Origin: Fimbriimonadales bacterium
Lineage (GTDB): Bacteria > Armatimonadota > Fimbriimonadia > Fimbriimonadales > JABRVX01
DNA length: 42,580 nucleotides
Reading direction: 5' to 3'
Assembly (NCBI GenBank): GCA_045862955.1
Contig: BTVI01000028.1
Coordinates: 1-42,580, forward strand
A model generated the notes under the pieces. That model was not told the origin of the DNA and did not search any database. It saw only the letters and a program-made list of their open reading frames with translations. Each line of letters starts with the position of its first letter. The first letter of the stretch is position 1. Below are positions 19,758 through 29,251 of the stretch, one piece after another. A program made the translations under genes and the position numbers.

Positions 19758-20893
19758 GGATCGGTCTTCTTCTTCTGATCGCTATCGCGCTAGCCGGCTG
19801 TAGTAGTTCTGGCAGGGACGGGCCCGGGCGCGAAGTGAGGCGGCCACCGACAATCGGCGACGACACCGGCAGCTTCGAGAAGGGTGTGGCTGAGAAGTAC
19901 GACAACGAGGGCAGGCCCGTATGGAAGCTGTCCGTGAAGAGCGGCTCGCTGAGCGTCTCGGATGCGGGGGCCAAGGGAAGCTTCGAGGAGTTCCAGGGCG
20001 GGTTCTATCGCAAGGGGGAGCTCGTCGGATGGGTCCAGGCCAACGCGGGAGATGCCGACGCCACTTCCGGCATCGTGTCTTGCAGGGGCGGGGTGCGCTT
20101 CGGAAGCAAGCTGCACCGGACGGAGCTGGTCGCCGAGCGGCTCGAATGGCGGAGCAAGCAGGACCTGCTCATCGCGGCCGGGAACGTTGAGGTTCGTCAA
20201 GGCGATTTCTACCTAGGGAAATGCGACGTGGTGTTCGCCGACACCGCCGTCGGTCAGGTTTGGATGGATGCCAAGGAGGCGCAGATGACGCTCAAGACCG
20301 CGCTCGTGCCGATGCTCGGCGCGGCCGTTGCCGTAATGGGGGCGCAGCAGCAAGTCAGGCAGTACGGCACGGTCACGCTCAGCGACTTCACGTCGTTTCG
20401 GATCGACCTCGCCAATCTGGACGAGATCGCTGCCGTATGCAAGGGCAAACCTGCACGGCTGGTGGCCTCGGAGCAGGGCGTGGACGTGTCCGCCGAGACT
20501 ATCGAGGCGGTGATCAGTAGACAACCAAAAGGCAGCCAGAGCGAGTTCGTGCTCGTCAAAGCCACGGCCTCCGGCCGCCTGCGGTATACGCTTAGGTATG
20601 TCGACACCGCGCTGCGAACCGCACCGAGCGCCAAGCCGACTACGGTGACAGGCACCGCCGAAAAGGCGGTGTACGACCGAACAGCCGGCACGTTGACCCT
20701 CAGCGGGCGCGTGGTGGCGACGATCAGGGACCCAGAGCGGTTCGAGGACCCGGGACTGCAGAACGAGGCCGACGAGTGTGTGGTGACCTTCGATCCGGCT
20801 ACGAACCGCGTACTATCTATGGAGTTGACGAGCCGGTCGGGTACGGGCAAGAGCACGGGCATTCCCAAGGGCGGGGGCGCAAAGCAGCAATGA
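19754..20893 (+). CDS. Lipoprotein with an LptC-like N-half and LptA-like C-half in one reading frame
   Basis: LAGC lipobox and beta-jellyroll-like segments (AERLEW...AAGNVEV; GTAEKAVYD...LTLSGRV). Lies directly upstream of lptB with ATGA overlaps at both ends. Family assignment rests partly on gene context. Confidence 0.72.
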   Translation: MRIGLLLLIAIALAGCSSSGRDGPGREVRRPPTIGDDTGSFEKGVAEKYDNEGRPVWKLSVKSGSLSVSDAGAKGSFEEFQGGFYRKGELVGWVQANAGDADATSGIVSCRGGVRFGSKLHRTELVAERLEWRSKQDLLIAAGNVEVRQGDFYLGKCDVVFADTAVGQVWMDAKEAQMTLKTALVPMLGAAVAVMGAQQQVRQYGTVTLSDFTSFRIDLANLDEIAAVCKGKPARLVASEQGVDVSAETIEAVISRQPKGSQSEFVLVKATASGRLRYTLRYVDTALRTAPSAKPTTVTGTAEKAVYDRTAGTLTLSGRVVATIRDPERFEDPGLQNEADECVVTFDPATNRVLSMELTSRSGTGKSTGIPKGGGAKQQ

Positions 20894-21606
20894 GGATACG
20901 CGCCGAGGGGCTGCGGAAGGCGTATCGCGGACGAGACGTCGTCTGCGGCGTGGATGTGGAGGTTGCCCAAGGCGAGGTGGTGGGTCTGCTCGGTCCGAAC
21001 GGTGCCGGTAAGACCACCACCTTCTACATGATCGTAGGCGCCGTGCGACCGAACGAGGGCCGTGTGTTCATCGACGATCAAAATGTGACGCACTGGCCGA
21101 TGTATCGTCGGGCCCGGCACGGGATGGGTTACTTGCCGCAGGAAGCCTCCGTGTTCCGCAAGCTCTCGGTCTTCGAAAACCTGATGCTGGTCTTGGAGAT
21201 GCGGCCGATGTCGCACCAAGAACGGCTGCGAAAAGCAGAAGAACTGCTCGAAAAGTTGCACATAACTCAGTTGCGGAAGCAGCTCGGTCTGAAGCTCTCG
21301 GGAGGGGAGAGGCGGCGCGTGGAGATTGCGCGCGCCCTGGCGTGTGACCCGAAGTTCATTCTGCTCGACGAGCCATTCACCGGCATCGATCCGAAAACCA
21401 TCGAAGAGCTTCAGGAAATCATCGGCAGGCTGCGTGAGGACGGGATCGGCGTGCTGATCACCGACCACAACGTATCGGCGACCTTCCGCATCACGGATCG
21501 GCTGTACATTTTGGTGGACGGCCACATCATCTTCCACGGCACTCCGGACGAAGCGGGGGCGAACGAGATGGTGCGTAAGCACTATCTAGGCGGGAGCATG
21601 GACTAG
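20890..21606 (+). CDS. lptB: LPS export ABC transporter ATP-binding protein
   Basis: GPNGAGKTTTFYMIVG, MYRRAR.GMGYLPQEASVFRKL, LSGGERRRVEIARAL, LLDEPF.GIDP, LITDHNV. Confidence 0.96.
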   Translation: MRIRAEGLRKAYRGRDVVCGVDVEVAQGEVVGLLGPNGAGKTTTFYMIVGAVRPNEGRVFIDDQNVTHWPMYRRARHGMGYLPQEASVFRKLSVFENLMLVLEMRPMSHQERLRKAEELLEKLHITQLRKQLGLKLSGGERRRVEIARALACDPKFILLDEPFTGIDPKTIEELQEIIGRLREDGIGVLITDHNVSATFRITDRLYILVDGHIIFHGTPDEAGANEMVRKHYLGGSMD

Positions 21607-22739
21607 TGCGCTTGCGCCTTCCCCTCTCCGACGCTCTCATGCTCCGCGAGATCATCGGCCCGTTTCTCTTCGGGGTAGCGATGTTCTCCATGTTGGGGAT
21701 GTCCATCACCTACCTCTTCACCCTGACGGACTATATGGTGAGAGGCGTTGCCCCGTTCATGGTCATCGAGATGAGCTTGATGTTGCTGCCAGGCATGCTG
21801 ACGAAGACGTTGCCCGCTGCGATGCTTCTCGCCTCGTTGCTAGCCACTGGGCGCATGTCGGGCGACAGCGAGGCGACAGCGCTGTTCGCAGTGGGTGCCA
21901 GCCTGTGGCGCGTCATTCGAGCCATCGCATACATGGGCCTCGCCGTAACTATCTTGGCTATTGCGCTGACCGAGTATGTAGTCCCCCCTTGTGCCGTCCG
22001 AGCACACAACCTGAAGTTCGACATACTCCAACAGCTCGAGCGGAACCCTCTGAACTTCGCGGCGTTTCCCATCTATGATGGCAGGCGCATCGAGTACATC
22101 GTCGTATCACGCGACGCCGACTTCGCACGTCGGACCTTCTGGGGCACGAACATCATCCACTACCCGAAGGGGAGTGCCAAGCCGGACATGTACATCTACG
22201 CCACCGAGGCAGTGTACCGTGGGGGCACATCACTGAGCCTAAGCAGGGTAACGATGTTTCGACCGAAGGAGGACGGGCCGGAGCAGCGCTACGTGGAGAT
22301 GCTAGAGGTGCCCCTGTCCGGGCCGTCGCTGAAGCTCGAGTCACTCTTCCGCAACCTGGAGCGTCAAACGATTCGGGATCCGGATGCCACCAACATGAAG
22401 GCTACGCTCGAGAAGATCGCCGATATGAAGCGCGTGGGTGCCGAGGGGCCGGAGGCAATACGTAATCTGGAGATGGGGTTCTACAATAAGATCGCATACC
22501 CGCTCGCGACGCTGATCTTCGCGCTGGTGGGGGCGCCGCTAGGCATACGCCAGTCACGGACGAGCAATGCCGTGGGTTTCGCCATCGCGCTCGTGATTAT
22601 CTTCGGATACTGGCTGCTTTCGAGCTACATGGCGGTGCTGGGTCAGGGCGGCGCTGTCAAGCCGATACTGGCTAGCTTCGGTGCGAACATCGTCGGACTC
22701 GTTCTCGCAGTAGGACTGCTCATTCATCGGAGTAGGTAA
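21606..22739 (+). CDS. LptF/LptG family LPS export permease
   Basis: 3 N-terminal TM helices, GRMSGDSE..ALFAVGAS, a periplasmic domain, then KIAYPLA..IFALVGAPLG and 3 C-terminal TM helices. Follows lptB. Confidence 0.92.
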   Translation: MRLRLPLSDALMLREIIGPFLFGVAMFSMLGMSITYLFTLTDYMVRGVAPFMVIEMSLMLLPGMLTKTLPAAMLLASLLATGRMSGDSEATALFAVGASLWRVIRAIAYMGLAVTILAIALTEYVVPPCAVRAHNLKFDILQQLERNPLNFAAFPIYDGRRIEYIVVSRDADFARRTFWGTNIIHYPKGSAKPDMYIYATEAVYRGGTSLSLSRVTMFRPKEDGPEQRYVEMLEVPLSGPSLKLESLFRNLERQTIRDPDATNMKATLEKIADMKRVGAEGPEAIRNLEMGFYNKIAYPLATLIFALVGAPLGIRQSRTSNAVGFAIALVIIFGYWLLSSYMAVLGQGGAVKPILASFGANIVGLVLAVGLLIHRSR

Positions 22740-22760
22740 CAAGCAGACTGGGGCGCACGG

Positions 22761-24263
22761 ATGTATCAATGGCCTATTTGGTTAGGGATCATGCTGATAT
22801 GCGGTCTCATCGCGTACATGGGGGACGCGCTGGGGCGCAGGATGGGCAAGAAGAGGCTGACCGTTTTCGGCTTGCGGCCGAAGCGGACCGCCGTGCTAGT
22901 TACCACACTAACCGGCTGCTTCATCTTCACCGTCACACTCGGTAGCGTTATCACGCTGAGCAAAGAACACCGCGAATGGGTGCTGCGCGGTGTCGAGACA
23001 GTGCGCGACCTCGAGAGCCGAAAGGCCGAGCTGAAGCAGAAGACGACCGAGCTGCGCCGCCTCACGACGGAGTTGGAGCGGACGACGGAGGAACTGGAGG
23101 ACCTGCGAGCTGCCATCCGAGACGCCAATCGCGCGTTGGAGACCGCTAAGGACTCGCTGCGGGAGGCCGAGGCGGACCGGCGCCGCATCGAGGGGAGCTT
23201 GCGGGCCGCGACACAGCAGCAGGCGGTACTTCGGGCACGCAATGAGACCATCGAGAAGCACCTCGATCTGGCCCAACGGAACCTCGCTGCCACTACGAAG
23301 GACCTCGAGGAGCGGAGCGCTGAGGTTCGTGAGCTCACATCCCAGCGAGAGAAGCTCTCTGCGGATGTCCAAGCACTATCAGACCAACTGACCACCTATC
23401 GCGAGGAGACGGACACGCTCGCCAAGCAGAACGAGGTGCTCGCGCGGGAGAACCTGGCGATGGAGAAAGACAGGGAGCAGCTTCAGCGCACCCGGAACGA
23501 CCTGCAAGTGGAAGTTGCCGACCTGACGTCGCGCATCGGCATGCTGGGCGCGGAACTGACCGCTGCTACGGGCGCCTTCGGACGAACCGCCATCAAGTTC
23601 CGAACCGAGCCGATCCTATTTCCAATCGGCAGGGAGATCGTCCGAGTGCCTGTGACGGGCGGCGGCGACATTGCGGACAACGTGCTCACGATACGGTCAG
23701 TACTCGACCGAGCGCGAGAGGTGGCCAAGCAGGAGGGTGCCTCACCCGGCCCAGACGGCGACTACGTGACGATGCTGGACAGCTTCGCCCTGAGCGACCA
23801 GGGGCACTTCGTTCGCATCCCGGTGGAGAAGGTGACCGAGGCGATGGCCGAGGCGATGGCCAATACGTCCGGTGATATCGTCCTCATCGCCTCGGCTGCA
23901 GTCAACACCGTGGCGGGCGAACCGCTCGTCGTCGGCCTGCAGATCCTGCCGAATCCCGTGGTGTTTCACGCAGGCGAGACGGTAGCCTCGGTCCAACTGG
24001 ACAACCAACGCACCGATGAGGAGTTGATGGGTGAGCTGGTCCGATTCCTGCGAGACGAGCTGGCGACGACTGCTCGGGAGCGTGGCATGGTTCCCGTCGC
24101 CGGACGCGGTGAGACGATTGGCGAAGTGACCTACGGCACGCTGCTCGATCTGATCAAACGCATCCGCAAGGCAGGAAGGCTGGTGAACGTTACGGCGGTG
24201 GCACGCTCGGAGACGAGGGCGGCGGACCGGCTAGATCTGATGTTCGGGGTGACGCGGCTCTGA
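22761..24263 (+). CDS. DUF3084-like membrane-anchored coiled-coil protein
   Basis: GLIAYMGDALGRRMGKKRLTVFGLRPKRTA N-terminus, 2 TM helices, a long heptad coiled coil and a C-terminal globular region. Confidence 0.85.
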   Translation: MYQWPIWLGIMLICGLIAYMGDALGRRMGKKRLTVFGLRPKRTAVLVTTLTGCFIFTVTLGSVITLSKEHREWVLRGVETVRDLESRKAELKQKTTELRRLTTELERTTEELEDLRAAIRDANRALETAKDSLREAEADRRRIEGSLRAATQQQAVLRARNETIEKHLDLAQRNLAATTKDLEERSAEVRELTSQREKLSADVQALSDQLTTYREETDTLAKQNEVLARENLAMEKDREQLQRTRNDLQVEVADLTSRIGMLGAELTAATGAFGRTAIKFRTEPILFPIGREIVRVPVTGGGDIADNVLTIRSVLDRAREVAKQEGASPGPDGDYVTMLDSFALSDQGHFVRIPVEKVTEAMAEAMANTSGDIVLIASAAVNTVAGEPLVVGLQILPNPVVFHAGETVASVQLDNQRTDEELMGELVRFLRDELATTARERGMVPVAGRGETIGEVTYGTLLDLIKRIRKAGRLVNVTAVARSETRAADRLDLMFGVTRL

Positions 24264-24274
24264 AAACGTCCGTC

Positions 24275-24718
24275 GTGCTCGCGGTAGACCCGGGAACCGA
24301 CAAGTGCGGGGTCGCCGTTGTTCGTGCCCAGAACGGCCAAACGGTACAGGTTCTCGGCCGCAAAGTTGTACAAATCGAGCAACTCGCCGACACGGTTGCG
24401 GAGATGGCGGATCAGACGCAGCCCGACGTGATGGTCGTTGGGGGAGGCACTGGCTCGCGGGAGGTCGTTCGAGCGATCGAGGCACGCTTGCCCGAATCGG
24501 GCATCCTCGTCGTGGACGAGAAGCACTCCACCGAGCGCGCTCAAAGGCGGTACTGGGAGTTGACGCCGCGCCGAGGATGGCGGAGGTTCGTCCCGAGGGG
24601 GTTGCTCGTGCCCCCCGAGCCCATCGACGACATCGCGGCGCTCATTCTGGCGGAGGACGTCTTACGGGACGCAGCAGAGGCAGAGTCGCGCGCTCGAGAA
24701 GGCGTAGACAAGGACTGA
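24275..24718 (+). CDS. YqgF/RuvX-like RNase H-fold nuclease
   Basis: LAVDPGTDKCGVAV, VVDEKHSTERA, DDIAALIL. Confidence 0.85.
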   Translation: MLAVDPGTDKCGVAVVRAQNGQTVQVLGRKVVQIEQLADTVAEMADQTQPDVMVVGGGTGSREVVRAIEARLPESGILVVDEKHSTERAQRRYWELTPRRGWRRFVPRGLLVPPEPIDDIAALILAEDVLRDAAEAESRAREGVDKD

Positions 24719-24861
24719 TTCTCTCCGTTATACTACCGGTCGAAACAGCGGGCTGACAGCCCTGCCACCTGGCAATACCACTCTCGGCGCCCGGAGACCC
24801 GGCGAGTGCGGAGGATCGACGGACCGCCACCCGGCGCGCTGAGCGTCCAAGGAGGGACCGG

Positions 24862-26871
24862 ATGAATGCCAGATTCTTCGCTCTGTGCGCGCTCGCGCTC
24901 ACCTTGGCGGGAGTTCCCGCCGATGCACAGCAGTTCCCAGACGTCCCCGAACATCACTGGGCCTATGATGCCATTGCCCGACTCAAAGCGTCGGGCTTGC
25001 TCGTGGGTTACCCCGACGGTACCTACGGAGGCGGACGACCGCTCACGCGATACGAGTTCGCAGCTGCAACTAGCCGCGCCTACCTAGACCTGCGCGATTT
25101 GCTTCGAGCTCGCGAGCGTGGCGTTGCGCGGCTTCAGGAACAGATCGCTCAGTGGAAGCCTCCCGCAGGTGCGAAAGGCGAAGTCACCAAGGCCGAACTA
25201 GGCGAGCTGAAGACCCAACTAGAGGGGCTACGAAAGCAGCTCGGTGATGTCCGTGCCTATCGAGCCGACATCGATGCTCTCAAGAAGTTGACGGAGGAGT
25301 TCGAGCGAGATCTGGCGACGCTAGGTATGGATGTGGAGGAGATGCGGGGACACCTGCGCTCGCTCGAAGACCGCGTAACCGAGCTGGAGCAGCGCAAGGC
25401 CCCGATCACCATCGGTGGCGAGTACCACGTCGTCGGCTTCGGTGGCCACAGCCGGGACGGTCGGATCGGCGTCAGCCAGTCGGGCAACCTAATAGGCTCG
25501 GACGGCTCCGGCAATCCGGTCGGGCTTCCCAAGGACCTTCACCTGATGCACGAGGCCGGGCTGAACCTGTCCGGCGAGTTCGGGCGCGCCCGAGTGGACG
25601 CCGAATTGCTTGCCTCGACGCTCGTGGGCTACGAAGGGGGCGGCTTTGCGACGCTGACTCCCGGGACGCGGCGCGAGGAAGGCGCTACCGACCTGTTCCT
25701 CCACCGGCTCGAGGCTTCATGGCAAGACCGCTGGTTCGGCGCCCCGATGAGCGTGCGTCTCGGTCGTCTCGGCTTCGGAAGCTCCAACTACTTGGCGTTC
25801 AGTCGCATCGACCCCGACCCGTATATAGACATCGAGCGTTGGGACAACGGCAACTGGTATTTCGACGGGGGCCTCCTCACCTTCGGACTCGGTGACGTGG
25901 AGCTTGCCTTCCACGCAGGGCGCTCGGCCAGGCGCGGGAGCGTGCAATCCGACAGCCTGTATCAGATGAGCGTCGGCAGACTGCTCGGAGCTTTCGAGTT
26001 CGGTGAGCGGCCGGGAAACGTGGACGCGAGCGTCCTCTCGGTGGACCGTCACATTGGCGTCGAAGCCACCTACACGTTGCCCAAGCAAAGCCACGTCGCC
26101 GCGCAGTACTTGGTCCTGGACGGTGAGGAGACAGAGTTCGAAACCCTGCAGGGTAGTCCGTTCAATCGGCAGATCGTGATGGGCGCGGACACGGTTCTGA
26201 ACCTTACGGACCGCCTCACCTTCTACGGTGCCCTCGCAGACTCTGACCTGTACTACAACGACCACTCGGTGCAGACGTCGCACAACTACGCTTACGACTT
26301 CTCGCTGGAGTACCACGAAGGGGACAAGTGGTGGCTCGGCTTCGGCTACCGGTTCGTTGCCCCTCTCTTCTCGGCTCCAGGCTCTTGGGACCGTTTGGGC
26401 TACTGGTACAACCCGAACGACGTAAAAGGATTTGGGGGCTGGGCCCACTACAGGCTGGCGAACGGTGCCGGCATCTGGGTGACCGGCCAGTTCCTGACCG
26501 GGACGGAGTTGCTCAGCGACGGCAGCGGTAGCCGCTCCATCGGCCTGATGAACGAGGACGACATCACGGCGCTTGCCGCCTACCTGCAGTGGCCTGTCAA
26601 CCACCGTTGGTCGCTCCTTCTCAGTTGGGAAGGCGTTTTCTGGAAGTTCGCCGAACGGCCGGACCTCGAGTTCGGCGGCGGCGATGTGGACGAGAACTAC
26701 TATACGGCCGAGTTCAGTTACGATATGGGTAAGGACACGCGGTTCAGGCTCGGATACCAGGTCACGAGCTATCGGAATAAGTCCGGCTCATCCTTCCTGA
26801 ACGCGCCTGGCGTGGGCGCGGACAGGGCGGACGGTGGCCTGTTCTACAGCCAGTTCAGCGTGAAATTCTGA
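24862..26871 (+). CDS. SLH-domain outer-membrane beta-barrel protein (OmpM-like), paralogue 1
   Basis: Signal peptide, FPDVPEHHWAY..GYPDGT..TRYEFA SLH domain, coiled coil, beta-rich region, C-terminal ...SVKF. Confidence 0.9.
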   Translation: MNARFFALCALALTLAGVPADAQQFPDVPEHHWAYDAIARLKASGLLVGYPDGTYGGGRPLTRYEFAAATSRAYLDLRDLLRARERGVARLQEQIAQWKPPAGAKGEVTKAELGELKTQLEGLRKQLGDVRAYRADIDALKKLTEEFERDLATLGMDVEEMRGHLRSLEDRVTELEQRKAPITIGGEYHVVGFGGHSRDGRIGVSQSGNLIGSDGSGNPVGLPKDLHLMHEAGLNLSGEFGRARVDAELLASTLVGYEGGGFATLTPGTRREEGATDLFLHRLEASWQDRWFGAPMSVRLGRLGFGSSNYLAFSRIDPDPYIDIERWDNGNWYFDGGLLTFGLGDVELAFHAGRSARRGSVQSDSLYQMSVGRLLGAFEFGERPGNVDASVLSVDRHIGVEATYTLPKQSHVAAQYLVLDGEETEFETLQGSPFNRQIVMGADTVLNLTDRLTFYGALADSDLYYNDHSVQTSHNYAYDFSLEYHEGDKWWLGFGYRFVAPLFSAPGSWDRLGYWYNPNDVKGFGGWAHYRLANGAGIWVTGQFLTGTELLSDGSGSRSIGLMNEDDITALAAYLQWPVNHRWSLLLSWEGVFWKFAERPDLEFGGGDVDENYYTAEFSYDMGKDTRFRLGYQVTSYRNKSGSSFLNAPGVGADRADGGLFYSQFSVKF

Positions 26872-26921
26872 CCCGAACGAGTGTGGGAATCGTCTAAGTT
26901 GACGGCACGACCCTCGTTCGA

Positions 26922-26950
26922 TTGACAGGGTTCACCGAACGAGGTATAGT
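26922..26950 (+). promoter_or_regulatory. Near-consensus sigma70 promoter of SLH-porin paralogue 2
   Basis: TTGACA-17 bp-TATAGT. Confidence 0.8.
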
Positions 26951-26956
26951 CCAGTC

Positions 26957-27131
26957 TGTACCTGTGGAACGAGTCCAACCGACTCGACCGACCATTGACA
27001 TTGATGATCGTTTGTCGGCGGTCCGCTGCCGGAACGGGAGAAGGCGTGAAGGAAACCTTGGAAGGCTTCCGCCGTTCCGTCGAGGCAGGCCGTGACCGGC
27101 CGCGGTACTGAAACCTCAAGGAGGAGAACGG
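26957..27131 (+). promoter_or_regulatory. Long structured 5' leader
   Basis: About 175 nt between promoter and ATG with several complementary segments: GTACC/GGTAC, CGAGTC/GACTCG, CGGAACGG/CCGTTCCG, AAGG/CCTT. Confidence 0.55.
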
Positions 27132-29150
27132 ATGAAGCGAACGCTGAGTTATCTATTCGGCGTGGTGCTGATGGCTGGGCTCTACATCCCGGCTAATGCA
27201 CAGAACTTCCCGGACGTCCCCGAGTACCACTGGGCCTACGAGGCCCTGGAGACCTTGAAGAACGACGGTCTCCTCGTCGGGTACCCGGACGGCATGTTCC
27301 GGGGCGCGCGTCCCATGAGCCGCTACGAGTTCGCTGTGGCCATGAACGCTGCGTACCAGAAGCTCAAGTACATGTTCGACGGCCTCCAGAGCCGCATTGA
27401 CGGCCTGCAGAGGCAGATCGACGCGCTACCCAAAGGAGGCGGAGGAACGCAGGGCGATTTTGCCAGCAAGGCGGACCTCCAGGCGCTCCGCGATCAGCTA
27501 GAAGCGTTCAAGAACGATCTTTCGGGGATGAAGAACTGGAAGAACGACATTGACGCGCTTCGCAAGCTGATGAACTCCTTCGAGCAGGACCTCGCATCGC
27601 TCGGCGTGGACGTCGAGGCGATGAAGAAGGACCTCCGCTCCATCGAGGATCGCGTGGCTGCTCTAGAGGCACGCAAGCCCGCAGTCGACATCCACGGCAC
27701 CGTGGACATCGGCGGTCGTGCAGGCCACAGCCGCGATAGCGAGATCGGCGTGGACTGGAATGGCGCGTGGGTCGGCGCGAATGCCTCGGGCGACCCCGTA
27801 GGCGTGACTCGTGACCTGCACGTGATGCACGAGCTGGGCCTGATCTTCTCCGGCACCTATGGCCGTGACGTGAACATGCTGGCCGAGTTGGTGGTCGGCA
27901 ACCTGCTCCCCTTCGAGGGTGGCAACATGACCACGCAGTTCGCCGGTGCCGGGCGCAAGGAAGAGGGCAACACCGACGTCTGGCTGCACCGCTTCGAGGC
28001 AGCTTGGGCGTCGTCCTGGTTCGGCGCTCCGGTCAACCTTCGACTGGGTCGCATCGGTCACCAGATCAACCCGTATATCCTGAAGCGACAGGATGTCGAC
28101 TACTACTGGGACTCCGACCGCTGGGACAACGGCGACTGGATGATTGATGGCGGCTCCGTCTCCTTCGACTGGTCGAGTTTCAGCCTCGGGTTCTACGGTG
28201 GTAAGGTCAGCAATCGAGGTTCCGCGCTGAACAACGGCGTGTACGATATGTGGGTCGGCAACACGTCGCTGGTCTCTGAGCAGGGCAGCCGTCCAGGCAA
28301 CTACACGACCGGTTTGATGGTCGCGGACACCATCCTCGGTGCCGAAGTCGGCGTCAACCTCGGCCGCTTCGGAACTGCCCGGGCAACCTACAACCTGCTC
28401 GACGGGCCGGACACGCTAAGCCCCGCCAGCGCTGTTCTACCTGCGTTCACGTTCAACCGGCTCCAGCTGTGGGGCGGCGAGTTGGACGTGGAGTTTGCGA
28501 AGAACTTCCGGCTTAATGGTTACTTCGCGAAGTCGGACTACTTCTATAACGACGACTCGCAGTTAGACGAGGACAACTGGCTGTGGGACGCTGCTCTTCG
28601 GTACGCCGGCGACCGCTTCAACGTGTACGCCGGATATCGCGAGATCGGCCCCTGGTACGGTGGTCCCGGCTCGTGGGGACGCATCGGCTATTGGAACAAC
28701 CCGACAGACATCAAGGGCTTCCATGCCGGCGTGGACTTCAAGGTGAACGACGACATCAGCCTGTTCGCGACCGGTGAGTTCTACACCGGGTCCGATCGGG
28801 CCGACTTCGGTGGCACCGTGTTCGGCATCTCCGAGGATGACAAGATCAACCGCATCCAGGCCGGTATCGGGTTCAAGTTCGCAGAGAACTGGCACCTCGG
28901 TCTCGGCTGGGAGGGCGTGTTCTGGGACCTCGATGAGGCCAGGCTAGACCTGGATAACGGCAAGATCGACGAGCACTGGTACACCGCCGATCTCACCTAT
29001 GACCTCGGCGAGAACACGACCTGGCGCTTCGGCTACCAGATCCTCGACTACAAGAACAAGACGGGCGACAGCTTCTTCAACACGCCGGGCAACCCGAACG
29101 TGAATGCCAAGAGCGGCCTGTTCTTCACCCAGTTCTCGATCAAGTTCTAA
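27132..29150 (+). CDS. SLH-domain outer-membrane beta-barrel protein (OmpM-like), paralogue 2
   Basis: Same architecture as paralogue 1, C-terminal ...SIKF. AAGGAGGAG RBS, own promoter and terminator. Confidence 0.92.
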   Translation: MKRTLSYLFGVVLMAGLYIPANAQNFPDVPEYHWAYEALETLKNDGLLVGYPDGMFRGARPMSRYEFAVAMNAAYQKLKYMFDGLQSRIDGLQRQIDALPKGGGGTQGDFASKADLQALRDQLEAFKNDLSGMKNWKNDIDALRKLMNSFEQDLASLGVDVEAMKKDLRSIEDRVAALEARKPAVDIHGTVDIGGRAGHSRDSEIGVDWNGAWVGANASGDPVGVTRDLHVMHELGLIFSGTYGRDVNMLAELVVGNLLPFEGGNMTTQFAGAGRKEEGNTDVWLHRFEAAWASSWFGAPVNLRLGRIGHQINPYILKRQDVDYYWDSDRWDNGDWMIDGGSVSFDWSSFSLGFYGGKVSNRGSALNNGVYDMWVGNTSLVSEQGSRPGNYTTGLMVADTILGAEVGVNLGRFGTARATYNLLDGPDTLSPASAVLPAFTFNRLQLWGGELDVEFAKNFRLNGYFAKSDYFYNDDSQLDEDNWLWDAALRYAGDRFNVYAGYREIGPWYGGPGSWGRIGYWNNPTDIKGFHAGVDFKVNDDISLFATGEFYTGSDRADFGGTVFGISEDDKINRIQAGIGFKFAENWHLGLGWEGVFWDLDEARLDLDNGKIDEHWYTADLTYDLGENTTWRFGYQILDYKNKTGDSFFNTPGNPNVNAKSGLFFTQFSIKF

Positions 29151-29164
29151 GGCATTCGCCTGAG

Positions 29165-29196
29165 ACGGCCCCGGCGTTACGTGCCGGGGCCGTTTT
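29165..29196 (+). terminator. Intrinsic terminator
   Basis: ACGGCCCCGGC-GTTACGT-GCCGGGGCCGT followed by TTT. Confidence 0.85.
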
Positions 29197-29251
29197 CCTG
29201 CCACACTTTCGCAACGCCCGGCGTAGTCTGAGAAGAGGGAGGTACTAGGCA

